Positions 1 through 13,677 of a DNA stretch of 64,000 bases are shown piece after piece. The stretch covers positions 225,687,741 through 225,751,740 of the forward strand of contig CM041465.1 in assembly GCA_023213395.1 (NCBI GenBank), read 5' to 3'. The notes under the pieces are model-generated. The model was not told the origin of the DNA. It saw only the letters and a program-made list of their open reading frames with translations, and ran no database searches. The stretch comes from Cycas panzhihuaensis (Eukaryota > Plantae > Cycadophyta). Position numbers and translations under genes: made by a program. Every line of letters begins with the position of its first letter. Position 1 is the first letter of the stretch.

Positions 1-3000
1 CTGGAACCTTATTATCCAATTTTAACCAATCTTTTAGTTGAGTTGGCTTATAACCATATAATGCTTGATATGGGGTCATTTTAATGGATGAGTGGTACGA
101 AGAGTTATACCATGCTTCAGCTAAATGTAACCATTTGACCCATAAATGCTATTTATCTGTGACATAATTTCGTAAATAATTCTCTAAACCTTTATTAATC
201 GCTTGGCTTGTCCATCTGTTTGCAGATGATAACTGGTACCCATATTTAATCTTGTACCTACTTACCGAAACATTTCTTGCCAGAAATGGCTTAAAAATTT
301 AGGATCTCTATCACTAATAATGGTTTGCGGAAACCCATGTAACTTATAAATTTCTTTGATAAATACTTCAAATTAACGTTGAGCTTTGTAGTTAGATTGA
401 ATAGGTATAAAATGAGCAAACTTTGTTAAACAATCCACCATCACATAGATAGCATCTTTTCCTTCTGATTTGGGTAATCCTGTGATAAAATCCATGCTGA
501 TACTTTCCCATTTTTGTTGCGGAATAGGAAGAGGCTGGAGCAACCCAGGAGTAGCAATACGTTCGTATTTATTGACTTGACATACAGCATATTCAGCTAC
601 AAATTTCATTATATCTTTTTTCATTCCCTTCCAGAAAAATGACCTAATTAAATATGTTTTATAAAATCCTTCATGACCAAATGTAGTACTACATGTGCTT
701 CATTCAATATTTTATTACGGAAAGCTGAGTTTGGTCCTAAGAATATCCGTCCTTTGTACCATAAGATATCATTTCTCCATTCGAATTTTTCTTCTTTTCC
801 TTGTTGAATTCTTTGAATGAGTTGTTGAATATCAGGATCTTTCACATATTCTGATTGTAATTCCATGATCCATACTGGTTCTATCATTGAGACAGCTTTT
901 AATTGAGATTCTGTATTCTCTTCATCCTTCCGTGACAAAGCATCAGCTACTATATTATTTTTTCCCTTTTTATATGTTATGTCAAAGTCAAAGGCCTGAA
1001 TTTTACTTATCCATTTTTGTTGTTTAGGAGATAATTCTTTTTGCTTTAATAAATATTGTAAACTGTTATGATCTGTCTTGACTATAAATTTGCTACCTAA
1101 TAGATACTGACGCCATTTAACTAAAGCATGTATAATGGCCAACATTTCTTTATCATAAGTGGACTTGAGAATTTCTTGGTTGTTTAGCTTCCTACTCTCA
1201 AATACAATGGGTTTACCTTCTTGCATTAATCTTGTACAATTCCCTGCTCCCTGATGCATCACATTCTATTATAAAAATTTTAGAAAAACCAGGTGTCGTA
1301 AGTGTCGGTAATTGGATCATTATTTGCTTGATTTGTTCGAAACATTTTGTTGCTTCTTCATTCCACTGAAAAGATTTTTTTTTTTTTAATAAATAAGTTA
1401 AAACAGAGGTTTTTTGTACATAATTTTTCACAAAGCGTCGATAGTATCCAGTTAAACCCAGAAAACCTCGGAGTTTCGTAATAGTTTTGGGTATCGGCCA
1501 TTCTTAAATTGCCTTAACTTTTCCTGGGTCAGCTCTAATTCCTTCTTTTGATATAAGATGACCCAGATATTCTATTTCTTTCATTCCAAAATAACATTTT
1601 GATTTGTTAGCATAAAATCTTTGTTCCTTTAAGGCGTTTAGCACTTGGTCCAGATGATTCATATGTTCTCCCCATTGCTTACTGAATATTAATATGTCGT
1701 CGAAGAAGACTAAGATAAACTTCCTCAAGAAAGGTTTTAAAACTTGATTCATTATAGCTTGGAATGTGGCTGGCGCATTAGTTAAGCCAAAGGGCATTAC
1801 CTTGAACTCATAATAACCATGATGAGTACTAAAAGTTGTTTTGTATGTATCTTCCGGTTTAATGCGAATTTGATGATAGCCTGATTTTAGATCGATTTTA
1901 GAAAAATATTCTGCTCCATGTAACTCGTCTAGTAACTCATTGATTCTCGGTATAGGAAATTTATTTTTTATTGTAACCTTATTTAGTGCACGATAATCTA
2001 TGCACATACAGTATAATCTATTTTTTTTTCTTACCAAGATTACTGGTGCTGTAAATGGGCTTTTACTAGGAGTTATTGCTCTTATATCTAATAATTCTTG
2101 TACGATTTTTTTCAATCTCATTCTGATAATGATGTGGTTGTTTATAAGGCTGAATAACAATAGGATTAGTACCTGCTTCCAATTCAATTTGATATTCACA
2201 ACCCCTGTCTGGTGGTAATTCTGCTGGAAGATTTTGAAAAACTTCATTATGCTTCTGTATGACTTTTTGCAATTCAATTTCTTGGGTAGTTGGTTTAATT
2301 TCTACTTGGATCGAAAAAAGTTGAGCCATCATACCATGATGACCCTCCTTGATTAATTTTTCCATTTTTTTACAAGATATTAGTTGGTTATTTCCAAGTT
2401 TTTCTCCATGAAGGATGATAATTCTTCCATCTTTCTTATACCTCATAAATAATTCTTAAAGATTCATTTCAAAAGTTCCCAAGGTTTGTAACCATTGACT
2501 CCCTAGAAGAATATCTACTCCCCCCACATCTAGCATATAAAAGTTTTCTTTAAGAATAACGTCACCAATAGTTATTTTAAGGTTCTCCATCATTCCTTGT
2601 CTAGATATAACTTGTCGCCCTCCAACACTTACTTGAAAAGGGGTTGTTCTGGAAGGAAATAATTTTAATTGTTGAGCTGATATTCTATTGATAAAATTGT
2701 GAGTACTTCCTGGATCGATTAAAATCGTGATAGCTTGATTTTTAACAAATCCTCTTAATTTAAGCGTGTCCGATCTTGTCAATCCACTCATTGCTGAGAA
2801 TGACATTTTTAATGTGTCCTCCTCCTGGTTACATTGATATCCCTGACTTCCCATAGTTTCTTGGTCACATTCGATATCATCTTCTTCTTCAACTTCCTCA
2901 TCCTCTGCTACCGGAGATAATTCGATCGTGTATAATTGATTTTTCTGACATTTATGATTAGAAGTCCATTTTTCAGCACATCTAAAACAGAGCTTCTTTT

Positions 3001-4024
3001 TTCGTAGTTCTTCTTGCTCAGCTTTTGTTCTTTGAAGTAATGGTTTAACTGGCCGATTAACTCTATTAGGTACAAAACCAGATCGTATAGCAGGAGGAGG
3101 ATTAGGGCGAGCATACAGGGGAATATAAGGTCTCGTTCTTACCTTCTTTAATTCATTGATCTTTCCTTCCTAAATTTTGGCTAGTTGTATTGCCTTATTC
3201 GGATCCTGAGGTTCTTGAATTTTCACATCAGCTTGGATCTCAGTTATTAAACCATCTATATATAGCTAGATAAGCTGATTAATCAGAATATCATTTAACA
3301 CATAGCTTAATCTTGTAAATACTGCACTATAATCTTCCACCAAACCAATTTGTTTTAATCTTCGTAACTCATAATAATAATCACGATTGGAAACAGTTTC
3401 AAACCGTTCGATGAATAATCGTACAAACTCTTTCCATGTAGGTAATTAATCTCGAAAAGAAGTTCGTTCAAGACACTGCCACCATTCACACGCTATTCCA
3501 TCCATATGTAAGGTGGCTATCAAGACTTGCTCTACTAGATCAATCTCCATTAAACAAAAATAGTTTTCTATTTGTTGTATCCATACTCTCGGTTCATGCG
3601 ATTTTTGCTCCATACTAAAATGTTGTATAGTTATTTTTTCTAATTTTTTCTTTTTCTATGTTTGAATATTTTGTAAGCAGTTAAAGTAGGCTTGAAAACC
3701 CACTATCTTCTGTTCTTCAGGGGTTAAATTTCGGTACTCATTGAGATATTTTCTAATAGCCTCATTTTCCAAATTAATTGAAGATATATGAGGACTCAAC
3801 CGATTTCTTGTAGTTTGATGTCTAATATGTGATTGACGACTCATTGCTTCATCTTCTGAATCTAGCACAATCATATCTTCCTTTCTACTTGTCGCTATGA
3901 CTGTTAAATTATCCAAAATTTGATGTAGAGTATGATTTAAGAGAGCATTTGATGTCTGAATCGCATTGTGAACCGCTTGAGTGATTGGTTCAACAATTTC
4001 TTTTTGAACGGTGTTGTCTGCCAT
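1..4024 (-). pseudogene. Disrupted gag-pol polyprotein of the Reina-like element
   Basis: ORF pieces 3656-4024 (reads in frame through a TAG into gag ..PRVWIQQIENYF..), 2456-2854 protease, 1504-2277 RT, 648-1262 RNase H, 373-624 integrase; separated by stops and frameshifts. Confidence 0.92.
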
Positions 4025-4867
4025 ATCTTCAGTATTCCTTATTTTAATAATTATGTAAGTACAATTCCACTGCCTTTCTGTCGTGTTTGTTTGACTTCAG
4101 ACTGATATTCCCAACTTGCTTGATACTTAGGGTTTTATATTTCCTCCGTCTGACTAATATTTAAATGATATATCACCATCTTTGGGAAGGTTGCTGAATG
4201 CTGTAATTTAAAACCTGCATATGACAAAAATGACAGATACGTAAACTAATTCACTTGACTTAGAGGTTATATACGTTCTATATTTTTGATATGTAAAATG
4301 AGATATTAAAGATAATATCTTATATCAACTATAATATGTAATATGTATATATATTTATGTATATATTAAAGATATAGTTTAATTGATTATATAATACCTA
4401 TAATGTAATGATGTTAAATGATTATATAATACCTATAACAATGGTATATAATATATGAGTGCTACTTAATAAAATATAATGTTGATAAAACGTTTCTACT
4501 ATGAGATCATTTAAAAAGGTTGAAATTTTATAATTATGATAGAATATAATAATTTATATGATATAATTAACTTAGTATAATATGATATTAGATTTTTAAT
4601 AAATAAATGATATTATTAATATATGAATAATAACCTCAATATATATCTATTCTTAAATGTATTTTTTTTTTAAACTTAATATATATATGTATATTACTTA
4701 TAATATACCTACAATTTCGTGATATATCAAATAATTTATTAAAATACTAACTTATATGTACATATATTAATCTTGTAATATAATAAATTAAATATATTAA
4801 ATAATTTTAATAAACAACTATACTATACAATATTTAAATTAACTATATTTAACCAATTAATAGCGAT

Positions 4868-4974
4868 CTATCTAAACTACGTCTCGTATTGCGCTATAAA
4901 TTAAAATGTTCGATTTATAAGTCACTATCTAAACTACGCATCGTATTGCGCTATAAATTAAAACGTTCGATTTA
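4868..4974. repeat. Two-copy tandem repeat, 57-bp period, in the element leader
   Basis: CTATCTAAACTACG..TCGTATTGCGCTATAAATTAAAAYGTTCGATTTA at 4868 and 4925. Confidence 0.9.
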
Positions 4975-5632
4975 GAAAATCAAATTCGTTTTCTCTAAAT
5001 TCTAGAAACTTCTAGAAGAAGTCAACCGGCTAGAAGAAAAATGAAAGAATAGAGTACGCAGAGCCTGAGACGCTTGCAGAGGAAACGTAAGAATGAAGTA
5101 CACAGAGTCCAAGACGCCTGCAGAGAAAACATAAGAGAATGGAGATGCGAGACACAAGAACACAGAAGAAGAACGGCTAAATAGCGAATGGCTAAACAAA
5201 GACGCAAGATGCAGTCCACATCACGGTGGATGTGCTATAGTCAAGTGGCACTTATTACCGATACGCCAGTACTAGAACGACATGAATGAGCCTGATATGA
5301 GACGGAAAATGTTAGTACTGCAATGAGACGCTAGTACGGCATTTTTTTCTTTTTGAAACAAGGTTAATTTAATAGAATAAGCAAGACGCCGAAGCAAAGA
5401 TAGGCGAAAAGACTTGGCAACTGTGATAAGTATTAAGTTTAGTAAATAAAACTGTAATGAAATTGAGTAACGAGACTAGGAAATCGAAAACGGCTACAAT
5501 AGCAACGAAAACTAAGACAAGAAGGAATCAAACCAATGAATAATGAGAAATCATAAACTAATGTATTTCAACGTGTCACGCTGGCGGCTAAATACAGATG
5601 AAATGTTGACTTGATACGAGGTGCCCAGGACT

Positions 5633-5644
5633 GCTCTGATACCA
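5633..5644 (-). promoter_or_regulatory. Primer-binding site (tRNA-iMet)
   Basis: GCTCTGATACCA = reverse complement of TGGTATCAGAGC. Confidence 0.9.
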
Positions 5645-5646
5645 CT

Positions 5647-6091
5647 TATTACAAAACTAGTTCGTAACTGAAGAATAATCGCCAAGTGTGTGAGAATACT
5701 GAGAACAGGTGTAATAAAAAACTAGATATATTTGATTGATAAAATATTGGATGATCTTATTACATTTGGGTCCTGATTTTATATTCATATCAGACCCTCT
5801 TTCACGGAAGGATGTGCTAGTTTAATAGCACCCTTTTAATTAATTAATCATGTGTGTTTAAAGAGGTTTATAACATAAAGACTAATATATTAATCTAAGG
5901 TTGGCAACCTTTACTGTCCAACTGACCATGTAATCTCTTTTGTTAATAAATAATGACATTGCTATTCATATTTGTATTCTCTTGCCTCTAATATTCTCTC
6001 TCCTTTTATGAATGTAGTATTATTGATGTCTTGTTGATGTAACTATGGTGATTTTTATTTGATTGATTGAGTGGTCTTCTCTAAAATAACA
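5647..6091 (-). repeat. Probable 5' LTR of the Reina-like element
   Basis: Starts 2 nt from the PBS with TATTA (decayed TGTTA) and ends TAACA at 6091; the partner LTR is outside the window, so the far boundary is inferred. Confidence 0.6.
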
Positions 6092-6139
6092 CATTGGTGA
6101 ACTAAGGCCACAAGGGCCCATTTGACTATAAGTAACATA

Positions 6140-7490
6140 GATTTGATAGTATTTCACTCTCAAATCATTTTTTATGAAGAACTTAGCTCCATGTAGTTCA
6201 TCTAAGAGATCTTCAATGTGGGTAATTATGAACTAGTTTTTTTATGGTCGCTTTATTTAAGGTTTTGTCATCTATGCACATTTTATAAGACCTATCTAAT
6301 TTTGGTATTAGGATGAATGGAGCTACAAAAGGACTTTCGCTTGGCATAATCACTACTTACTCTAATAGTTCATGAACCAATGTTTTATTATCACCCTCTA
6401 ATGGTAAAGATGGTGATATAGTTGTAGGTTAATAGGGGTTGTCCCTAGTCCTAACTTACTGGCATGCTCCTTTCCTCTTTCTAGGAGATCTTTTAGGAGC
6501 TCTTGAAAGAGTCTAGGAAATTCTTATAATAATGTCTTTATATTAGGATGGATTTTTGTTTCCTCGTGTACTGAGACAATATAATAATTAATGGCCATTC
6601 TTGATATTCCTCCCTTTAATATTTTCTCCATCCAATGAGATGGAATTTATTAGTTAGGAGGCATGGGCAGTGCCTATAACATGTATTTCTTGCCTTTTTA
6701 CTAGAGCTTTATAAATAGCTTGTTATAATTCACCACAATTGAACTTAGTATCCTTAACCATTATACTCTTAAGATAACATGACCTCCTCTAAGAAACATT
6801 GCGAACATTAAAGATTATAGTGTATAATAATACATCATTAAGTTCACCTTTAGGTATATTCCACCACATAGAATGGTCTTTCCACTAGCTATGGATACTT
6901 AAAATTGTTTAAGTAGTCTAACTCCAAGTCCTACTTACATAACTATTGGTTGGTTAATAAAATTGTATATGCATCCTCCATCAATTAGGACTGTCACCTT
7001 TGTATTTTTAATCATTCCTTTAAGGCAAAATGATTGAGGGAGGATAAGCATTTTCATGATAACTTACAAAAAATTTCCACTCCCAAGATATCTTATTCTT
7101 TTTCTAAAGTCAATTCTTTTACAATCTACTCTTCATATAGGGTTTTGTTCTTAATTTTTTCTTTTGTTATAAGTTGATCATTCTCTATTATATATAACTT
7201 TTTGGGTAAATTAGTTATAAAGAATAAATGGCCCTTACTTCATTTTTTACCATATTTGAAACAAGTTCCTTGCTTAAGATGCTTAGGTTTAGATGTTTTT
7301 CCTATCATCCCTCTAAGGTTGTAATGACTTGGGATCAGTTTTAACCTTTACTCTTACATTTTGAGCCTAAATCATTGCTTGTCTAAAGTTTGTAATCGTT
7401 AGAGATTTTAACCAAAATTTAATGTTCTCCTTTAAGCCTAAAAAATAGGTTTCTAAAAGGAGTTTTTAATCATTTTTTAAAATTTTTCTT
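6140..7490 (-). pseudogene. Degraded Ty3/gypsy gag(C-terminal)-protease-RT remnant
   Basis: Manual minus-strand translation gives LLETYFLGLKENIK (gag), LKGMIKNTKVTVLIDGGCIYNFIN (protease), PSESPFVAPFILIPKLDRSYKMCID and IEDLLDELHGAKFF (RT), with many stops. Confidence 0.8.
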
Positions 7491-9609
7491 AACAAATAAG
7501 CCCCCATAAAATAGGGTTGACCATTTGGCATAAGATGCCATGGGATGAAGCATACTATTTTGCCAAAATTGCCTAGAACTTACATCTACCCTTACTTGCT
7601 TCACATACAACTACAACAAGTAGCTCCAAACCCTCTGAAAAGCTTAAAGTTGACAAGTGTACAATATGACTAGAAGAACTTATACTCTTTCTCGCATTTC
7701 CATCTTAAATTCTGGCAAGAAAGATAATGCGTTGCCCTAGTGCCACCATAAACTCCATGAAATATCACAACTACAATAAAAAAAATTGCATATTAGGCCA
7801 TTGTTGTTATAAATGCCTTGAAAGTCATTCCACCGTAAATACTGTGAATGGTAAAAACTGCATGCTAGACCACCTCCACCAAGAATGCATCAAGCTCCTT
7901 TCCACCACAACTACCACAATTATTGAGACCACACTAGGTCTCTAAAAACTACATGTCTAATATTTACCATAAGAATTGCCAAGATAGTGATGTCACATAC
8001 CTTATGCTCATAACTTATTAACTACTTTAAATGTGTTAATCATCAATATAAGCTTGTCTGTTGCAATAATTCCTTACCCTCCTTATGCTTACTCAATCCT
8101 CATAGGCTCATATATAACTATACATTAATCTTTTTATACCAAAGTACATGAAAACTATTTACATCTTCACTCCTTAATCCAATTTAATTTTTATTTCTCT
8201 TCTAATGTAAATAAACTATCCCCTCCTATTTTCCACCAAAATCATCTTCTAAGTGAACACTAGTAGATATATCTTGTTTGCTAAAAGCATCCCTGATACT
8301 AACACACCTACCTTTTTAGGAAACAACTGAGTGGCACAACATAAAAACTCCAATATAAGTATTCTAATGTCATTACTCAAAGGGACTTAATATGCCAAAT
8401 CATAGTCAACGTTAAGAAAATCCCCATGCATATTTAGTATGTCAATCAAACCTCTATTGATCATAGCAAACCACCACCACTTTTGCCAATCAAAAACTTA
8501 TGATGATCAATTGATTAACCAATCAACACAACCACTACCTTGAATTTTGATAGCAATCTATATAGATGGTAGATGACCCACTCACAGTAAAGACTGTAAA
8601 ACCACTTATCACATCCCTTTGAATATATCCATGAGAATAGATGTCAATCTTGTCGATATAAAGTCATCCCAAACTGTGCCCAAAAAATATGTTATCACTT
8701 TATATATCATGAAGCCACCATGGTAATGAGCCAATCTACTCCTCTATTTGTCATGAAACCACCATAGAGATGAGTCAAACTACCCATGGGATCAATGATC
8801 ATCACCAATAATCCCTCCATGCTATAAAAAAAGAATAGGTTGTTGTCATTCTATTAATCACTAGACCATGGAAATTGGTCAATCCACAGACCATGGAAAT
8901 AGGTTGATCCACCCCATGACAAAAAATTACAACACAACATCATCTACTCCTATAGAACAAAAGATCTTTAGTTACACATCGAGCATCACCATAAGGCTGA
9001 CTAACGAGTAACCCAAACCTTAAATACCAATTTGTAACCATTAGAACCAAATAATTGATCTAATGATTTCATAGCTATGCAAGCATAAAAGCATCAATAA
9101 TCCATAGACCAGAAAATCCCAATTAGGTAAACACTAGGTACAAGTAATAACACCATTCAAAACAATAAATATATGGTTATAGTCCATCCTAAGCCTGTTC
9201 ACCAAAGTTAATTAGTTCCATAAGTGGGAAGTAGAGCAGACATAAAACTTACTAAGATCCACAATGAGTAAAAAAGCTAAAGATAACTGACCATAAACAA
9301 AACCACCAACCTCAAAGATGCCTTTAGTCAGGCTAATCCTAACATCAATACAAATTATTAATCACTAAATCTTGCACTACAACTTACCAAAAACCTCCAT
9401 AATCATGGAGCAAGAAAACTAAAGCTAATCTACAAACCACTAGATAAAAAATCTCCTTAAATTACTAAGCACCAACACTCCAAATAACAATTAAGCTATC
9501 TCCTAAATTAACCAATCAAACTTAATTCACAGAGGCTACCCCACCCAACTCAAGCCTACTTCAAGGAAACATGAATCTCCAATGATCTCAACCTTACCTA
9601 TCATAAGAG

Positions 9610-10280
9610 TTTCCCCCTAATTAGCCAAACCATTTACACAGTTGTTATATCAACATGAAATGTGTTGGAAAGCAATGCTATGAAACCTTTATGTTATACC
9701 CATGACTTCATAAAAGAGACACTTCATACGAATGTTACTTGAAACTTTGTTATTTATCACAACCTCAATCATTAACTTAGAATCTCCTAAAACTTTCAAT
9801 CATATGATTTTGACTTTTAATGCTATCACTAATCCTCTTATTAAGGCCAAGAATCCTACTTTGTTATTTCAGCTAGCCCCTAGCCCCTTGAGATACTCTA
9901 CAAGCACCCTCCTATAAGGGTCTCTAATAATACCCCGTACTCCAACTCGACCCATATTGTGTTTTGAAGCACCCTTAAAGAAAAGATAGTACTGATTTTT
10001 TCCCTAACCTAGCTTATACCCAACCTTGTGGTCACTAGGCACAACATTCTCAACACCAATATGCAACTTGACTAACAACTTACCTTCTTTATTAGAAAGG
10101 AGCTTATTGACTTAGGAAACTAAGTTCTAGGTTTCGACAAAATGCCTTAACAACCTAATTATGTAGAACTAATATGTAAGTGTTGATTGTAATTTCCCTT
10201 GAAAAATAGCTCCATTCCAAGAAAACCAAATATACCAGTAAACCATGCAATGTATAAGAATCCAGATATGTTGGACGACT
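9610..10280 (-). mobile_element. LINE (L1-type) ORF2 3' fragment with RNase H-like domain, degraded
   Basis: Manual translation: YWYIWFSWNGAIFQG, LFFKGASKHNMGRVGVRGIIRD, NNKVGFLALIRGL, VLGDSKLMIE, AFQHIS..N..NGLAN; these match plant L1 RNase H motifs (DGA..GNPG, NN.AE, GDS, HI.RE.N..AD). Confidence 0.75.
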
Positions 10281-10349
10281 AATTTGCCATTATGTACCCA
10301 TATTATATCAAGGTGCACTAAGCTCTAATTATCATCCATCTGAGGAGAT

Positions 10350-10906
10350 GGGCAATTTAGAAGCCTCTATATCTTATTAATTTTTACTAGTAATATACTT
10401 TGTAAGTTTTAAAGTTCTTTAGAATAATGCTACATTGATCTCGTTTGTTATAACTTATGAAGTTATAAGTAAAAGTTGCAATCCCATGTATCCCCATATT
10501 ATTCATAGATCACAAATTTAAAAAAGAGCCAATTAAAATTATTTGTATTTTTATTGTTATTCTACCATCATATAAACTAATGTAGCACTCTATTACTTAG
10601 GCGTAGGGATACATTCAAGATTTTATCCCTATTAGAATAAGGATGAATGTTAAAATATGTTTGCATCTTCGCCAACCATGACCACATATCCTAGTTCTTG
10701 TCTAGATCAAAAAATTCTAAGTGGACCTTTATATTTTTAAGTATTAAATCTTCTAGCCCTTTGGATTCCTTTGGTGGGAATTCTTCTTTAATAAATTGAT
10801 ATTTTCCTAGCGTGCCTTTCTCCTTTTTAAGGTATAGGGCTTTATCCATGTCATCTACTAAATGAAACATGTCCTTAATGAGTTTATTTATTATGTTTTG
10901 TAGCAA
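10350..10906 (-). pseudogene. Degraded Ty3/gypsy gag N-terminal part, probably the same element as 6140-7490
   Basis: ORF 10691-10906 continues through a stop into DMWSWLAKMQTYFNIHPYS..K and later L*QTRSM*HYSKEL, a retrotransposon gag pattern. Confidence 0.6.
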
Positions 10907-11685
10907 TTACATTGAATCCTATAGTCATATTCCTACATATGCAAACTATTATAGCTCCTTGACTTATTTGGTAAATTCTTCAAATTTTTATACTGGGTTT
11001 TTTTAAGGAGGAGGAGTAATCTGTGCTCTCTGAAGGGGGGTTTTCCCTAATCTTTGAGTATTAGTTCCAAATAAAGATCCAAAATAACCCTTTTTTACTA
11101 CCTTTCCTTGTAATTTTATACACACATATAAAGATCATAAAAGAATACATAGAATGAAAAAATGAAACACTAAAATTAGATACTAAATAGCCAAATTTTA
11201 ATCACTAAAATGTTGATAACCAAACTTTATAAAATTTCTTCCATCAACTTTTGGGATAGGAAACATAGGTTATATGCCTCAAAAATATATCCCATATAGT
11301 CTTTTGAAGGTGATTAAGTGTAACATTAAAAACTAATTCTTCAAATATGGGAGTTAGATCATTGATAGGTAGGAAAAGATGATTAGTAGGACTAAAAAAC
11401 TTAAACCCCTTTGAAAATTAGCTCTTGATCACTTGAATCTATGCATATGACTAAGACTTAGGTGATTTGAGTAGACTCCAATTTGAAATTTAAACCACCT
11501 AAAATTTTCCAACTTCAAAAAAATTAATCATTTTCATATTTGAATTATCTTTTTCCATTATACAACTTTTTGGGGCAACACATATGCCTACATCCTATTT
11601 GTGGGACTATAGGGGTTTGCTTCCTACTCAATGCCAAGCCTATAATATTGTAACAAAAGGGATTTTAAAGTTGGAATGTTCTCCA

Positions 11686-11733
11686 TGTAGAAGACCAGTC
11701 ATGTAGGAGACCAATCATTTAGGAGACTAATCA
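11686..11733. repeat. 16-bp unit, three copies
   Basis: TGTAGAAGACCAGTCA / TGTAGGAGACCAATCA / TTTAGGAGACTAATCA. Confidence 0.8.
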
Positions 11734-13375
11734 ATTATTCTATCGATTACATTTAATTTAGTGTACTTAAAGCTTAAAATGAATTATTGTACTATAACTT
11801 GAAGTAATCTAGGGTTTCTTAACATCCTCTTAAATTGTTAAGAATTATAGTAGCTTGGATAATAGCCCCTATTAAGCAGACCATGAGATCTCAACTCTTT
11901 ACTTATGTACGTAAGACATTAAACCCTGTGCCCACTTAAAACCAAAATATCACACAATTACTTGAAGCTAAAGATAAAACACAATCTTCTTGGGACCAAA
12001 ACAACACAATAAATGATGGATGCCATAGGATAAAATCATAGGTCATGTTACGCAAATGCCTAAATCCATGAACATAATGTAATATAAAGATTTGGAGTTA
12101 CAAGAGTCAAACATAGAGGGAGAGAGGCATGTTGGCTTTAATGCCACTTTGTTATAAACTATACCTTTCTTTCGATGGAAAATAATAATAATTGATAATC
12201 AATAAAATTTATAACATAGAGAAATAAAGTTTTGTGGTCCTCTTCGAGGCAAGGGCTTCTCTGTGAATCTTCCATTACATGTGGATTCCTCAATAGCCAA
12301 AGGTCTTCCAAAATATCCATGATGCCATAATACAAACCGTGCATCTCCTTAAATACTCTTTAAAAGGGGGTTTAATGAGGAAGTTGGTCTTTAAAAATTG
12401 ACTTGTAACATCTTATGTCTATTTTTTAACAACGTTGTTTTCTAATAAAAAATATAGTCTTAGAATTACCCTAAATTAATTTTAATTGTTTTAAGCTAAG
12501 TTCTCCTTACTTTCTTATTATTGTCTTCACCATTGCAATATTTCAATCCCTTACCTCCTTCCCTCTTCTTGAATTATATATAAATAAATAACTTAACTTA
12601 TCCAATCACCCTCGATTTATTTCTCTTTAGCTTCTCACTCAAAGTTATTAATCTTTATCTTCAACAAGTAATTATTGAGAAAGGGAAATGCATATTTCAA
12701 AAATAGGTAAAAAGTCTTATATTTTATATTTAATTAACTAGAAATTTTTATTTTTTTTAAATTAAAGATGATGTTAAAAGAATATAATAATTAAAATGTG
12801 ACAACTACTAAGGGAGTATAATTTTTGTATATAAAGGATACTTCCAATTATTTTTTCCATTAACAATGCATTTCTCAAAAGTCAAAATCCATTTTTGTTT
12901 ACCTATAATGTCTTCATTACATTGATGGCATTTATTAATGGTGTTCTTACATCATAAGCCTACCATTTCACCTCTTTCATACTCCAAAAACATTTTGGCA
13001 CTAACATAAAGATTTGACTCTTTTTTTTTTTGGCCTATATGATTAATAAATAGAAGCTCAGAATGGATTAATTATAAACAACTACTAGGCTTATTTGGAA
13101 GCCTATGCACATGGTGCCAATTTATTATTGTTTCATAGGAAAGTAGTTATGAATTCATTCTTATCAAAATTACTATAAGAATGAATAAATACATCTATAT
13201 ATTCTTAGAAGTATGTATGTAAGAATATACTTTGGGAGAGTGTAATGACAAATGCATATATGTGTGTGTTCATACATATACATATATTAGCAACACTCCT
13301 ATAAATTCAAATAAACACACGCTGAAATTAGTAAAGAAATAATTGTGTCAATAAGCACCCTTAGTAGACTTGGCA

Positions 13376-13677
13376 AGGCTCCAGTCCAACATGAGAGTTA
13401 TTCCCTTAACAAAATAAAAAAATAATTTTTAAAAATAACGGAATGCCAATGCCACACAACAAACAACAAACAACATATATATTTTTGCAAGAAACTTTGG
13501 ACGCTTATCATCTTTAGAGTCTTTAACACTGGCGATCGAGGCTCCAGCCCAACACGTGAGTTATTCCCTTAACAAAATGAATAAATAAATAGAATGCCAA
13601 TGCCACACGACAAACAACAAACAATATATATTTTTGCAACAGACTTTGGATGCTTATCATCTCTAGAGTCTTTAACA
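13376..13677. repeat. Tandem duplication (about 140-150 bp x2) upstream of the reticulon gene
   Basis: Copies 13376-13528 and 13539-13677 share AGGCTCCAG..GAGTTATTCCCTTAACAAAAT..GAATGCCAATGCCACAC..TAGAGTCTTTAACA. Confidence 0.92.

Larger units (their letters stand above)
1..6091 (-). mobile_element. Ty3/gypsy chromovirus (Reina-like) LTR retrotransposon; 3' part lies beyond the left window edge
   Basis: Minus-strand order gag-protease (ILIDPGSTHNFI)-RT (FFDDILIFS)-RNase H (YDKEMLAI..KWRQYLLG)-integrase (ISMDFITGLP); tRNA-iMet PBS at 5633-5644; candidate 5' LTR 5647-6091. Confidence 0.9.

Noticed and set aside
3656-4024. Extra ORF upstream of gag
   Set aside because: It continues in frame through one TAG into gag motifs, so it is the gag N-terminus.
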